From contig MQRK01238145.1 of assembly GCA_001938485.1 (NCBI GenBank), positions 1-54,721 of the forward strand: 54,721 nucleotides of DNA. Reading direction: 5' to 3'. The stretch is from Girardia tigrina. Lineage: Eukaryota. The translations under genes and the position numbers were made by a program. The notes beneath the pieces were generated by a model. That model was not told the DNA's origin. It did no database searches and worked only from the letters and a program-made list of their open reading frames with translations. Each line of letters begins with the position of its first letter. The stretch's first letter is position 1. Shown here piece after piece: positions 24,478 through 37,830 of this stretch.

Positions 24478-25506
24478 ACGAGAACTAGCTTGTATAGTTA
24501 AAGAACAAATTTTAGCATCCATAAATGATTAGTAAACTACTACCTTAGTAAAGAGTAGTACCTTCAAAAAGGTACTTGAATGTTTCCAAATCGGTGCTAA
24601 ACAATTCTGGCTGAAATGATTTTTCCTTATTTTTTTGCTAAATACGAATTGCTACCTTATTCGTAAATATCGTCTTCAACGGAAAATTTGCTGATCTAAA
24701 AACTGTCGAGTTTACCATGATTTAGAAACTCAAAAGTTTCAAATATTATCAGAAGATTCCATAATTATAGCAAACATAGTTACAGTCTCTTTCTTGAATT
24801 CAAAAAATAATTGAAAATAATTTTCCTTTTATAAACCTAAAAAATTATTATAATCTCTTAACATTTCTTATTCTTCTCATTTAATTGAAAATTCTATCAA
24901 GCTTTTTACTTTATGATTTAGCTAAAAAACTCTTAAAATCGAATTTTCATTTAAAAATGGTTTTCCTTCCCATTAGTTATGATCACGAATTATTAAGCAA
25001 TTTTATTAATAAATAATACAAAATGGAAATAAAATTCGAACCAAATAATCAAAAATTTCATCTTAATTAATTATTGAAAAAAAACATTTTAGTGAAAATT
25101 TTCAATAAAAAAGAAAAAGAAATGAAGGATTTTTTGACCCTTGAGGCGAAATGTGGAAATTTTAATTAAAATATGAAATTTTAATTATTGTTTTACACGC
25201 GAAATAAAAACTAATTTGTTTGGGAAATATTCTTTTAAGCAGTTTCAATAATAAAATAAATAAATAAATAATCAAATTATTATATAAAGTTTCTTTGTCA
25301 AAAAGTTATAATGTTATTTATAAATTATTTTATTATTTTTTGTTGATTAAATTTATAATTTTTACTGAAAATTCAATTAATTACGATTTAAAAAAAAATC
25401 ATGAAACTTCTTTATCAAAAATAATATATAAATTTTATTTTAATATAATGAATACATATATGCGATTTAGATTTTATTTCTAATTAATCATTATAATATT
25501 TTAAAT

Positions 25507-25507
<1 letters not shown>

Positions 25508-25562
<55 letters not shown>
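25508..25562. repeat. (TA)n microsatellite
   Basis: Direct reading. Confidence 0.95.
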
Positions 25563-25567
<5 letters not shown>

Positions 25568-25670
25568 AAATATTTTCATGATATTTCTATTATATATAAC
25601 TTTTGTTTCATAAGTTTTGATTTATAAATAATAAAATTTGATGTTGTAGATGAATTTTACAATTAATATA

Positions 25671-27634
25671 CGTGGTGCATTCAATAAATGACCTAGGGTA
25701 CAAATATGTAATGGCAAATTTTAGTTTTTTTGTGTGAATAAATTTTTAAATTTTTAAATTCAGTAATTGTTTTATTTTATCAAAAGCATTAAAATATGCA
25801 TTGTAACATTTTGAATTTTTATCAATGCGATAATTTCAGATGTCGGACATTATAGCGTTATCAAGATATTTGTGTTACTGAAAAATACGTCCACTGAAAT
25901 CTACTACCTTTTGCAACTTGAAAAATAAGAGAAGATAGTCAAATAAGAGTGTAGAATCACCATGAAAAGGCAGTTTTCAAAGCTCAACATCAGTGTTGGT
26001 ACAGCCCAAGCCCATGGGTATCAGAAAACTATGCTCCAGGTTCGTATCCCTCTTCTTGACTGGTGAAATAATGCAAAACTCCTTGAAGGACAGTCAGATT
26101 AACTTGTTGCTGTGAAACCGCCAATTTAAGACATTCCTGGAAAATTTAATTATGGAAGATAAAACCTCAATCGATATGTATTTGCCGGAAACAAAGCGTC
26201 AGTGAGCAGAGGGGAAACTACCTGAAGAGAAGTCACCTTTGAAGATGCGAAACGAAGTCACTTCATGGACGAGTGATGATGCTTTCCATTTTCTTCATGA
26301 ATTTCGAAGAAAAATGCATCACCGTCAACGCTGCTTATTACAGGCTACTCGTTGCAACTGCCAGAAAGAAATGACCAAAGAACACTCCACTATGGTTTCT
26401 TCACAACAATTCACCAGTGTACATAAACAACATAGAGATCATCGACCGTACATTCCAGATTTGGCACCAAGCGTTTTTTTTACCTCCACAGACACAGAGA
26501 CATCTATTTTGTATCAAAACTCAATTTAAAAGTTGCATTGGAAGATTTCTTCACGGCATGCCCATAAAATGTTTTAAAAAGGTGTTTTCTGAGTTTCGTT
26601 GGTAGAAGTGTATTGGTCAAAATGAACATTATATTTATGATGAGGTATTTAATTTAGTTCGCTGATCAATATCTAAATGGTTTTAAAAATTATTTTGAAC
26701 TGAAATCGAATTGAAAATTTAAAAAATTAAGTAGAATAATAATTAAATATTTTAACTTTGAATTTAAAAATATTCTTTATAAATTTATTTGATTTAAATA
26801 TTAGTTTAGTAGAAAAATAAATGGATTAAAAATAAATAACAGATAAAATAGTATTTTTACAAATAATAATTTTATTTTAATTTTTTATTTAAAAATTTAT
26901 TAAAATCTGTAAAATTTATTTTTCAACTTTTGAAATCAATTAAGGATATGATTTAAAAAAAATTAAATATTTAAAACTTAAAAATATTGAATATTAAACA
27001 TACGTAAATTAGTAGTTTTCTTAAATATTTTATAAAAATTTTAAAATTAAATATTATTTTGATTTGATTTTAAATTGTTGGTAAATAGAGATCGGCGGAT
27101 TGATTACAAATTTAGGAAATAGTTGAAAATTTAGTTTGAATAAATATTAATAAATATAAATAAGTATTAATAAATATATAAATTGAGTTAAAATTACTTC
27201 TGATATTGACGTTACAAATACTTCTCACAATATTTGTTAGGAATGGCATCGGTCGTATAAATGTCTCCTGACTTTACCGACATTTAAATATGAAAAAAAC
27301 GACACAATGAAAATAATTTATTAAATTAAAATTTTTGAATTTTCATACAAATTTCTGATTATTTAAACAACTGCCTTTTATTTGACGATATTTTTTAGTA
27401 GTTCTATTTTTAACCTTTTATTATAAATATAGATATAGATATAGTATACACAGATATTTAGTAACACTAATAATTTTTTAAATGTTGACAATTAAAATAT
27501 CTTATAAATTATACTTATAAATCTTACAATATATAAAAATGGTTTCTACATACGTTAAGTTTGTTGTGTTATAAAAATTTCCCTTTTTGAAATTCGTTTT
27601 TTTGTCAGATCGGATACTTATTGAACATACCACA
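25671..27634 (+). mobile_element. Old mariner (DD34D) remnant with an AT-rich internal insertion
   Basis: Degenerate TIRs CGTGGTGCATTCAATAAATG / TACTTATTGAACATACCACA with TA flanks; HRPYIPDLAPSVFF (HPPYSPDLAPSDF-like) near 26440-26480. Confidence 0.7.
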
Positions 27635-27990
27635 TATGCACCGAATCTTAAAAACCAAAGGATTTATATTTGAATATTTATTAATAATTATTAAATAAAA
27701 ATTATTTATTTTTAGTATTACTAAATATATTTATCGAAAACTGGTCACGCTCAATTGTCGGTCACACTCAAAGTTTACTATGATCAAAATGCAAAATTGC
27801 AGAGGAACCAGAGTGACTCCACATAAAGACGTGATCAATATTAATAGCTCACCTCGAGACGGTTCTGTCAGTGCAATGCCTTTGCTGCAAGGCACTCGGA
27901 AGACGACGAAATCGACTGACTGTTAAATCAACATAGAATTCGAAACAAAAAATAATAAATTATAATTACGATTTAAAAATAAACAGGAAC

Positions 27991-29101
27991 TGTAGTGACC
28001 AAAAGTTCCCCCAATTCGAAATCGGAATAAATTTGGTGATTTTACTTCCGATACTATATGAATTATGAATGAAAGGAGCTAATCTTCGTTAAATTGTGGA
28101 CGATTTGAGTTCGCATGATTCAAAATTAGAAAAATATAAATCAAAAACATTATAAAAAATTCTGATGTAAATAAAAACCAATTCTAAAGACATTAAAAAT
28201 TGTCCAGTTGTACATTGAGAATTGTGTAAAATTTTTTATATGGAAATTTTTTATGTAAAAAAGGAAATTTACAATATGTAAATTTTTATGTAAAAAAGGA
28301 AATTTACAATATGTAATTTTTTATTTATTATTTTATGATAGTTTTTTTTAATTTACACAAATTGTTTAACTGATCTAATGAAATGAAAATGTTAACGCCT
28401 TTTTAAAAAAATTTCGATATTTAAAAGACTTTTCAAGAATAAATAAATCTTCAATCAAATTCTTGTTGTTCACTTAATCAGTCGGCTAAAATCCGATTCA
28501 AACAATAAAAGATATTAATAATAGATAACAATCGATTAATGTCTAAATCAACATCTTTTCCACGGGAAAACAATCTCGTTTTTCATCCTTCATCAACGAA
28601 ATTACGATTCGGTCGTAGTAATGATCCCGAACCGACTAGCATTCGCCATTGTATCGCTCGTAAAGTCAAATCATCATCGAACTGTAACATCGTCCGACAA
28701 CCGCTCATCCCCGACAATCGCTCGACGACGTCAATGAATACGAAATTCAACAACGCCATCAAACTGGCATCGATCGCCATGAAATCTACTCCGATCGAAT
28801 TGCTTCAACCGTTCAAAGAACAACTGACAATCGGCGAATTGATCCAAATGAACAAACAGCATTTAAAAATGGAAATCAGTCCCGACAATTGTCCATCGTC
28901 ATTCGATTCCAACCTTATCGCGCGAGGGTGTGATGGCGGCCCTATTGTATTTCAAAATGACCGATTTCCAAAACCGGTAATTTAATTTTTATTAGAGCCG
29001 GTTCTGTTCCCCCATTTTGGCAGAAAGAACAGCGTGGTTCAGGGCGTGCGTCCCCGCGTCAAGTGCAGCCTCTCGCGCTCCACGCTTTAGAAACTTTCAC
29101 A
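27991..29101. mobile_element. TG...CA-bounded insert (possible solo LTR or Helitron-captured segment)
   Basis: Absent from Helitron copy 1; begins TGTAGTG and ends TTTCACA; no clean TSD. Confidence 0.4.
28539..28985 (+). CDS. Uncharacterised 148-aa ORF inside the insert
   Basis: Uninterrupted ATG-initiated ORF, GC-richer than its flanks; possible splice donor CCG|GTAATT just before the stop; no recognisable domain. Confidence 0.4.
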   Translation: MSKSTSFPRENNLVFHPSSTKLRFGRSNDPEPTSIRHCIARKVKSSSNCNIVRQPLIPDNRSTTSMNTKFNNAIKLASIAMKSTPIELLQPFKEQLTIGELIQMNKQHLKMEISPDNCPSSFDSNLIARGCDGGPIVFQNDRFPKPVI

Positions 29102-30027
29102 AATGAAAATCCAGCTCACCCGTCATATATGACGGCTATTTATTTAGTGATGAAATATTTGATATGGTCAAGTTATCGTATCGGGTTGATTGTTACGTTG
29201 AAATATTGGAATTTATGTGGAGTTACGATTTAATTAAAACTGCCCTATTCGGAGAATTGATGGTCCTCAGTCATGAAATGAGAAAGAAATACAATACTCT
29301 GTCTACTCGACGATCCTCTGATGATGTGATGACTATTGAATTTCTTCCTGCTTATTTTTTCGATTTGGATTAACTCTTGAATTTTCGGTTTTTTGTTGTT
29401 TCAAGAGAACGGTAATTGATTATAATAATTTCCCCGCGCGACCAAGGCGGAGAGCTACGACGGTGAGGATTCACAACCCCCCAGCTTCGCCCGCTCTGTG
29501 ACCAGAACTTTTATTTCAAACGATAGTTGTATTATTTGGAGTGAAATATTCGGATTGTCGGAAAATGTCATGAAGAGACACCGAAAGATTAAAATTATTC
29601 TTCATTTTTGAAGAATTGTGAAATATGCAGTATTAGTTTACTTTATTTCAACGACTTTTTATTTACACAAATCTGAACTTAGTATTATATTTTTTACTAA
29701 TACTTCAACTTGATATCAAAACAAAATATCTTCAAATTTATCTTCAAATGTTATCAATCATTTATACTTGTCAATGAAACATTAAGAGTTCTATTTGACC
29801 AAAGTGAAACATAATTTAAGCCTATCTCACTACAGTGGTTGGCAATTATCCGATACTTAACTTGGGGCATAATCCAGAATTATTGTTGTTTATTGTCTTT
29901 CATGCGTAAAAAGGCAATCTGTTTCCATGTTTTCCTTCTTAATTTTTATAATTTTTTTAGATAGAAATATGATGTTTAACTTCAAATGAATAAATTTTTG
30001 AAATATATATATATATATATATATACA

Positions 30028-31092
30028 TCAAGTTGAGTAAAAAGTTATTCATGTTTTTATGCGGCTATTATATTTCACTATTTTTATGATACTTATTGTA
30101 TTATTCCCCGAAATACAGTCAACCAGTTTCAATAACTCTGTTAGGAATTTTTTAAGAAATCTTTTTAAAATTTTTGAAATAATAATTGAATTCAAAGTAT
30201 CATTTTAAAATTTGAAAAAATCAAGAACTAAATAAAATTATATTAACTATGATAAAATTTCGTAAATTTAATTAAAGAAGGTGACATTATTTAATCGTGG
30301 GCAATTAAGAAAAGTAAAATAGATTATTAATACTATATTTATTTTTATTATACCGGTTTGAGATTTATGAAATAAATAGTTCCTCAAAATTAAAAAAAAA
30401 TACATGAATTTAATATTAAATTTGATTAAATAAAAATGATTAGACATTTTATTATATAAATAAAACTTGAAAACTGATGTCGGCTTTTGATATTGACAAC
30501 ATGGAAGATGTTTCAAAAACATCAAACAAACTCGAAGTCATTTTTCTACCAATTGCTCAATCTAATGTCGATACCATACAAGTGTCTTGAAGGCGAAAAA
30601 TTTAGCAATTCAAGTTTTGACCTCTTCCTCTGAACCAAAGCGTATTCCTTGTAAGGAAAGTGAGCTAGATCGAAACAGATGAGAATCAGAAGTGGCAAGG
30701 TCAGGGCTATGCGCTGGTTGGAAAATCCTTTCAAGGATTTGCAGTTCCTGAAATTTTTGCTTCACCCTTTCTGGTGTATGAACTGGAGCATAGCGATAGT
30801 GTAGTATTGATCAACCACAATTCAACAATCATGGTGCTTTGAGAATGGCCGAGCTCCTCGGACAGTCTGAAAAACTGAAAAAAATGGTTTGTAGTGTCTT
30901 ATTAATAAAGATTCACTGAACTGTCGCTCATAATATGAATCAAAGCTCTTCATAAGAAAACTCATCATTTGAAACAGAAGAAATTCTATATTTACAATGT
31001 AATACATACATCAAATAAAATGATATCAAATGTTGCACATAAATGTTACATTTAAATTCAATAAAAGACATGAATAACTGTTGACTCAATCT

Positions 31093-31094
<2 letters not shown>
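30028..31094 (-). mobile_element. Internally deleted mariner inserted in a (TA)n tract
   Basis: TIRs TCAAGTTGAGTAAAAAGTTATTCATG / CATGAATAACTGTTGACTCAATCTGG. Minus strand 30520-30810 gives QPAHSPDLATSDSHLFRS...FGSEEEVKT. Confidence 0.8.
30870..31002 (-). mobile_element. Penelope GIY-YIG fragment nested in the mariner
   Basis: KSFDSYYERQFSESLLIRHYKP matches the C-terminal part of ORF 31358-31660. Confidence 0.8.
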
Positions 31095-31134
<40 letters not shown>

Positions 31135-31172
31135 AAAAATTATTTTGTTTAAGCTTTTTTAAGAAACTGATT

Positions 31173-31214
31173 ATTGTCCATATTTGTGGAATTTTATTTT
31201 CCATCATCAGCAAT
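31173..31214 (-). ncRNA. Decayed minimal type I hammerhead ribozyme (Penelope-associated)
   Basis: Minus strand ATTG-CTGATGA-TGGAA-aataaaa-TTCCA-CAAA-TATG-GA-CAAT: stems I and II pair; G12 and U16.1 are mutated. Confidence 0.55.
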
Positions 31215-31384
31215 TGTAGATAACATTCAAATGTGTAAGATAACATTTTAAGTAAGATAAGATTTTATCAGTAAATATTTAATTTTTCAGGATTTTTCTT
31301 GATATTACTAGCAAAATTATATATTTATTTGAATTAAAGATTTTTTAAGAATTTTTATTGACCTTACTTTGTTCATTTCAAATA

Positions 31385-31762
31385 TTAATCAATCCATTGA
31401 AGTGTCTTGGATGTAAAAACTCGTACATTAGAAAGACAGAGCGTAATCTCAAAATCCGGATTAGTGAATATTCACAATCGAGTCGATCGAGTAAGGTTCT
31501 TGATCATTGGTTACACTGTAAACATAGAATCTCTTCTGTCCCAAAGGATGAGTTTTCTGTTCTACAGAAGAGCTTTCATTCGCATTATGAGCGACATTTC
31601 GGTGAATCTTTAATAATAAGACACTACAAACTACTAATTAGCGTTTACAAAAATGAATAATGTGTATAAATATAATATCTTTGAATATCAAGAAAGCTGT
31701 AAAACATAAATTAAAATATTTACCTTCATTTTTTATGGAAAACTGTTTCTAAAAATTACAAT
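31385..31762 (+). mobile_element. Penelope-like element 3' fragment encoding a GIY-YIG endonuclease remnant
   Basis: CLGCKNSYIRKTERNLKIRISEY...VLDHWLHCKH...FSVL...ERHFGESLIIRHYK follows the PLE pattern CxxC-x3-YIGxT-x-R-x-L-x2-R-x2-EH...H...R-x3-E-x3-I. Confidence 0.85.
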
Positions 31763-32628
31763 AGAAATTGAAAAAAAGAAGGAAATAATTTCTTTTACAA
31801 ATTTCCTAACGTAAAATCTAATTCTTTTATTTCAATTGTTTTTTAGTTACATTATAAAAAATAAAAGAAAAAGATTTGTATTGAAAATCTTTTGCTCAAT
31901 TTACTAATACAACCGCTCATTCCGGGGGAGTTATTATACAGTTTAAAGAATTTAATTTGGTCCTTTTTTTCTTGATTTATTTCCCGAGAGGAAAGAAGCT
32001 CTGGTAGTTTCTCAAGAAATTTTTATTCTAATTTGAGCATAAGAATAAAGTTAATATATTTTTTCAGATGATTAACTGTTGATTAGGGACAATTTATGGG
32101 TAAAAAGAGCTCATTTTGCTACACAATCAACCACATTCTCTATTTGTCAAAAAAAAGAATTTTTCTTTAAGAGAGTTCAAATAATTATTTAAATTAATAA
32201 TTAATAAAAAATAAAATAATTAATTATTAATACTTCATAAAATCGAATTGTAAATGAAAATACTCAAAATTGATTTTTCCATAGCATTTTTTTAGTTTAG
32301 ACTTTTTAATTATTTTTTAAAATTTTTATTGGTTGAAAAAAATAATAATAATTAAAAGTAGACTTTTAATTAAAATATTTGTGAAACTAATTATATATAT
32401 TATTTTTATTTTTTTGCAACACGTTAACAAAAATAATTTGTTATTTATAATTATAAGACACTAAAATTGAATAAATATAAATAATTAGTTTAATAAAATT
32501 TGTAAAGTAATAAAATATATCTTATGTTCTTGGTTATGTTGAATGTTTACCTGAATAGCTCCATGACAATTGAGTACATGAAAATTTAATCAATAAAAAT
32601 GTATTACTTAAAAAATGATTATTTATTA

Positions 32629-33894
32629 TTAGGTTGATGCAAAAGAAATGTCGTTTTTAATGTATTTAATATTCATTGTTTGAAATATTTAGAAAATCAT
32701 TAATAAATAGATTTATATTTAAATGTACTTCAAAGCTGAAACTTTACTCTATATTTTGATACCAAGTATGAAATTATTGTTGTTAATTTAAGGTGTATTT
32801 ATTTTATTTTAGAAATGTTAGAAAAGAAGGAAATGAGAACAATTTTATTCTACGATTTCAAACTAGGTCGAAATGCGACAGAAACGGCTCAGAATATTAA
32901 CAATGTATTTGGACAACATACCACTAATTTACGAACAGTACAACGTTGGTTTTCTAAGTTTTTAGTGGCAACGAGAGCTTTGAAAATAAAGAACATGGTA
33001 GTCGACCATCACAAGTTGACGACGACCATTTGAAGAAGTTAATCAATGCTGACCCGGATAAAAATTCGCGGAAGTCGCACAAGAACTCAACGTTCACGAA
33101 TGAACGTTCGGTATCTGAAGAAAATCGGAAAAGTGAAAAAGGGGGTGCCGCACGAATTAAACGAAAATCAAAAAATCGTCGTTTTAACGTGTGTTCTTCT
33201 CTGCTTTTGCATAATCAAAGCGACCTTTTTGTATAATCTTAAACGTGCAATGAAAAATGAATCTAATACGACAACCGGTGACGTTAAGCTCAGTGGTTGG
33301 ATTTCAATAAGGCTCCCAAGCCTTTCCCGAAACTAAAATTACACCAAAAAAAGTCACGGTAACTGTTTAGTAGTCCGCACATGGTTTAATCTATTACAGC
33401 TTCCTAAAGCAAGGCGAAACAATTACAGCGAAAAAGTATAGTCAGCAAAATGATAAAATGCACCAAGAACTACAAAAGAAACGGTCGGCTTTACTCAATA
33501 GAAAGGGACCAATTCCTCTGCACGACAAGGCTCGTCTACATGTTGCAAGAAAGACCGTGCTGAAATTAAACGAACTAGGACATGAAACTTTGCCTTATCC
33601 ACCGTACTTAGCAGACCTTTCTCCTACAGACTATCACTTTTTCTAAAATTTTAGCCAGTTCCTTCGCGAAAAATGCTTCAAAAACCAAGGAAATGCTAAA
33701 AGAGCCTTGGACGACTTTATCGCCTCCAGAACTCCAGAATTTTATGAAACTGGAATAAAAAAAGTGTTAACCGGTTGGCAACAGTGTGCTCAATGTAATG
33801 GTTTTTATTTTGACTAATAAAGTTAATTCTAAAGAAAGTTATGTTCATTTAAAGTTGACGGTTAAAAAACGACATTTCTTTTGCATCAACCTAA
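32629..33894 (+). mobile_element. Full-length mariner (Hsmar1/cecropia-like, DD34D), transposase frameshifted
   Basis: Perfect 30-bp TIRs TTAGGTTGATGCAAAAGAAATGTCGTTTTT with TA TSD; MLEKKEMRTILFYDFKLGRNATETA...TVQRWF, VPHELNE, LHDKARLH, YPPYLADLSPTDYHFF. Confidence 0.95.
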
Positions 33895-33904
33895 TATCAT
33901 GAAA

Positions 33905-34887
33905 TAATAAACTGACCAGAGAAATATAATTGTTAAAACATTCAATTAAAATATTTCTCTATACCCAAAAATGGAATTTTCAAAAACTTAAAAAGGGAAA
34001 CCAGTCTTATTTTATCAATGCTTCGAGTATATCCATCACAGAATGATTAATGATATTTTTCATTAAAGGTGTCCCCAAAATAAGTCTTTAAGGTGTCATT
34101 CCAAGATGAGCACAAGAGCTGGAAATATCATGGATACTCCGACTCATCATTCCCATGAATATCATTGGAGGTAAACCCAAATAGTTATTCGAGCTGTCTT
34201 GAAAGATATGAACTTATCTACTGAGATCCAGATCGATTTTATACACATTATTGAGTTTTGTAAACATTCTTCAATCAAGATAACTTTAAATAGAGTAACG
34301 GAGGAAAAACATATTTCAATTCCAGAAGCACTTCAGCTTGAAATTCTTGAACTGGTGAACAGGATCAAAACTGAATATTCGTAATCGATGTCAAGGAGTT
34401 GCTACAGGGATTATCTAAGGACACAATCTTTGGTGATGGGATGTTTGATCTAATAACTTTATACTTGGCATGCAAAGATTGGTAATTTCTACCCACCTTG
34501 CTTCTAATTTCTCCTTTTGAATAAAACAAAGGACACTTATACAAGAATGTTTGGAATTCTCAAATTACTTGTTCTCAATATGGCGCATTAAAAGATCTTG
34601 GTCGATTTTGAGGTCACATCAGGTTGCTAGTTTGGCTTTTTAAGTGGCTGAAGTCAAATTTTGCTACTTCCACTTGTGTCACAATCTTGTCCGAAAATTG
34701 GATCCCTTGGTCTGAAAACAGAACTCGACTCCAATCCTGAGTTCAAGTTGAATGTTAATAATAATAATATCTTTACACAATTATCCCTTACGCAATTGTT
34801 CATATATGTAATTGTCCCTTACACAATTTTTTATGTACACAATTGTCATGTACGTTATTGTCTTTCCACAATTATCTGGTCTTATTT
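33905..34887 (+). mobile_element. Mutator-like (FLYWCH + MULE transposase) remnant
   Basis: KGKPVLFY..FEY...*RC...RCHSKMST...THHSH (FLYWCH); FGDGMFD, LYTWH, NKTKDTY, LVDFE, CYFHL (MULE DDE region); ~15-bp ACACAATTGTC-type subterminal repeats at 34773-34876. Confidence 0.8.
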
Positions 34888-37226
34888 TCATGCACTTTTA
34901 ATTTTTTTGCAACAAATACAACTAATATAATCTTTTAATTCTGACAATCCAGAGTCTAGTGATATTGATGATAAAAATGTTGATTTATTTATAAATAAAA
35001 CTTAACAAATTAAAAAAAACAAAAGTTTTGTTGTTTCATTATAGTTTTTTATGAAATTATTCTGAACTTTTATTTATATCAAAAAACTTTAGAAGTTTTT
35101 ATTTTTTGGTTGTCTTATTTTTCAAAAAAATAATGTCTTGTAAAAAAACTGTGTTTCTTTTAATATAAGATCTGATCTTATGTTCAAAGAAAACCGGTAA
35201 CTTAAAAATATAAATTTTCTTTAATAATATATATAATATATATTATTAGGTTCGCGGTTGTAATCTGATGAAAATTCAGAACAAGACATTTTTGAAACTT
35301 TTATTTAATAACAATAATAAACATTTTATTTAAACAAGTTTTGCCTATGTAAATTTCTGAGGAATGACATTTAAATTTTCGTACACAAACCACTAATATC
35401 AAAATAATTGTAAATTTTGCAATGCAATATGTAAATTAATTATTTTCGAAATTTGTAATGTATTTACTTTTTTAATTTAAAACTATTTTAATTATAAAGA
35501 TAAACTATTTTCAAATATTTATAAATTTATTTTGTATTTAATTTTATATTTTAGATATTGTTTTTCTTTTGAATAATCATTTTATTAAACTTTGTTAAAA
35601 TTTAATATTTATTATTATATCTAGTTTTTTAATATTGTATTCACTTTTTAAAGTTTAATAAATTATGTTAAACTATTTTCCAGATCTTATATTTAATCCG
35701 TTTTTTTAATCTATTTAATTACAGTTTTATTTTATCTAAAACATTTATCGTCTTCAAGTATTGTACATTAAATTTCTATTTTTATAATTTCTATTTTTCT
35801 ACTTTTATAATTTAATATTGACTTAAAATGTTTTTTATATCTTTAAATTAAAATTTTAAAAGAGACTTCTAAAATCCTCACATATATAATATTATATATA
35901 ATATTTAAACAATTAATATTATATATTATCATATAATATACAAAGCTTAGCTTCATTCTTGATTCAAACTTTTAAGAATACATTGAATGTTGTGACTGCA
36001 ATATTTACATCTAGAAAATAAAGTGCAATACAACGAAGCTCGCATTGCAGATATAACTTAATAAATAAAATCATTGTTTGTGCGGAACTAAAAAGCCTGG
36101 TTAAAAAGCAAATGGAATCGCCAGACCTTGTCTCTGAAAACTAACAGGTGAATATAAATTTTACTTTCATTTTTCATTATTAATAATAATAATTTTAATA
36201 TTATTATTATATTATGATTGCTATTAAACATATAAAGTTAAGTAAAAATTCATAAAAAAGTAAAATTGAAACGGTTAATTTGATTATGTACGAATAATTA
36301 AAACAAAAAATGTTCATTAAGAACTAAAATAAAATAAAATATTATATACGAATTTACGCTGATAAAAACATATTAGTGAAACAAAAATAATCATAAGTGC
36401 TTTTTTTACTTTATTATCTCCGATTTTCTTCTAAAAGTTTTACTAATTTAATGGAATATTTCATATAAAAAGGAGACATTCTATTAAAAAACTATTTAAC
36501 AATTAATTATTTATTAAATTTTCCCTTTCTTTGAGATTAAGATTTTTATACTAAATTTTATTTTTTATTCCTGATTAAAATAATTTTATCTAGCGTCAAA
36601 CCTTAAATATGTAATCTAATGAAAAGATTGTTCAATGATGAGCGATCACATTGATGAAAGGAGATAAATTATTTTAGCCATATTTTTTATTAAACACCTT
36701 TAAATCTTTACAACCTTTTGATTCCTTGAAAACATGAGACGTTTTTTGCAATTATTAAATGTACGAATATACACTTGAAACAAAGTTTTTTGTTTCAATT
36801 ACTTTTTGGTTTATATCCACTTTATTCTTTAACAATTACATATTGTAAATGTCATTCGTAGTAGATGTTCTTCCAAATTTCGAAATCAATATTTAAAATC
36901 ACCTTTTAATCATTATTGTTGTTTCGGAACTTAAATTATAAATTATCTATCATTATATTTATTTATAAATTCCTCTCTCTCTTCTTGCCTAAAGACAATC
37001 CAAGTCGATATTTTTCCTGATATATTTTTACTGAATGAAAATCGCTGAAATTTTTATTGCTTTTTTGCTAGTTATATATATTTGTACAGTAGTGACCATA
37101 ATTCACCGCCACCCTTGCATTTCAAAGAAGATTAATTTCTACGTGCGTGTGTGGTTAAGTGCATGTAAATAATGTTCTTAACCAACATCCAATAAGAATA
37201 CAGCTTTAATAACATATCCACTATGC

Positions 37227-37830
37227 CAGTGGTTCCCAACCTGTGGTACGCGTACCCCAGGGGTACAAAACGCTAAAGTCAGGAGGTACGCGTTGGGTAC
37301 AACGTTTTGAAGCAAGTGATGCGGTCTTTACGCGGTTGTATATTATATTTAAGCATTTGCATGGGGTGTGTCTCTCTCTCACTCTGTGACACACACACCA
37401 CGCACGCAATAGTAAATGCTGATTGAAGCTAGTTAAACAACGCTATTGAGTGCAGCCTGCAGCGTAAGCCCCTTGGCAGCCGCTATATATAGCTCACTCT
37501 GTCAATTGCAGCTGAAATACTGTTTGCTCCACTCTCTCAGGAACGTTCACTGAGCAAATATTACCTGATTCAGCTCTGCAGAAAACAAGTAAGAAGTGAA
37601 TTAATAGTCGGTTTATTTACTTCTGTCTTAATATGTGAATATGGTGATATCTCTTGCAGGATATACAATGAGGACTACATCAAATACTTATTCACGGTGC
37701 TCAGTGTTGCTGGCATCGAGTGACCTCAGTGCGTCATTTGCTATAAAGCGCTCTCTGCAGAATCTATGAAACCCAGCTTACTGAAAGGCATCTGGAAGGC
37801 TGTCATTCGGAGCTAAGAAACAAGGAAAAA
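37227..37830 (+). mobile_element. hAT-Charlie (ZBED5/SCAND3-like) 5' end
   Basis: TIR CAGTGGTTCCCAACCTGTGG; intron GTAAG...TTGCAG (37589-37659); then YNEDYIKY..PQCVICYKALSAESMKPSLLK.HL (BED finger). Confidence 0.85.

Larger units (their letters stand above)
27720..29147 (+). mobile_element. Non-autonomous Helitron, copy 2, carrying a 1.1-kb insert
   Basis: Same CCGTCATATATGACGG hairpin (29120-29135) before TTAG|T; 27785-27990 collinear with 10290-10503 (-). Confidence 0.75.
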
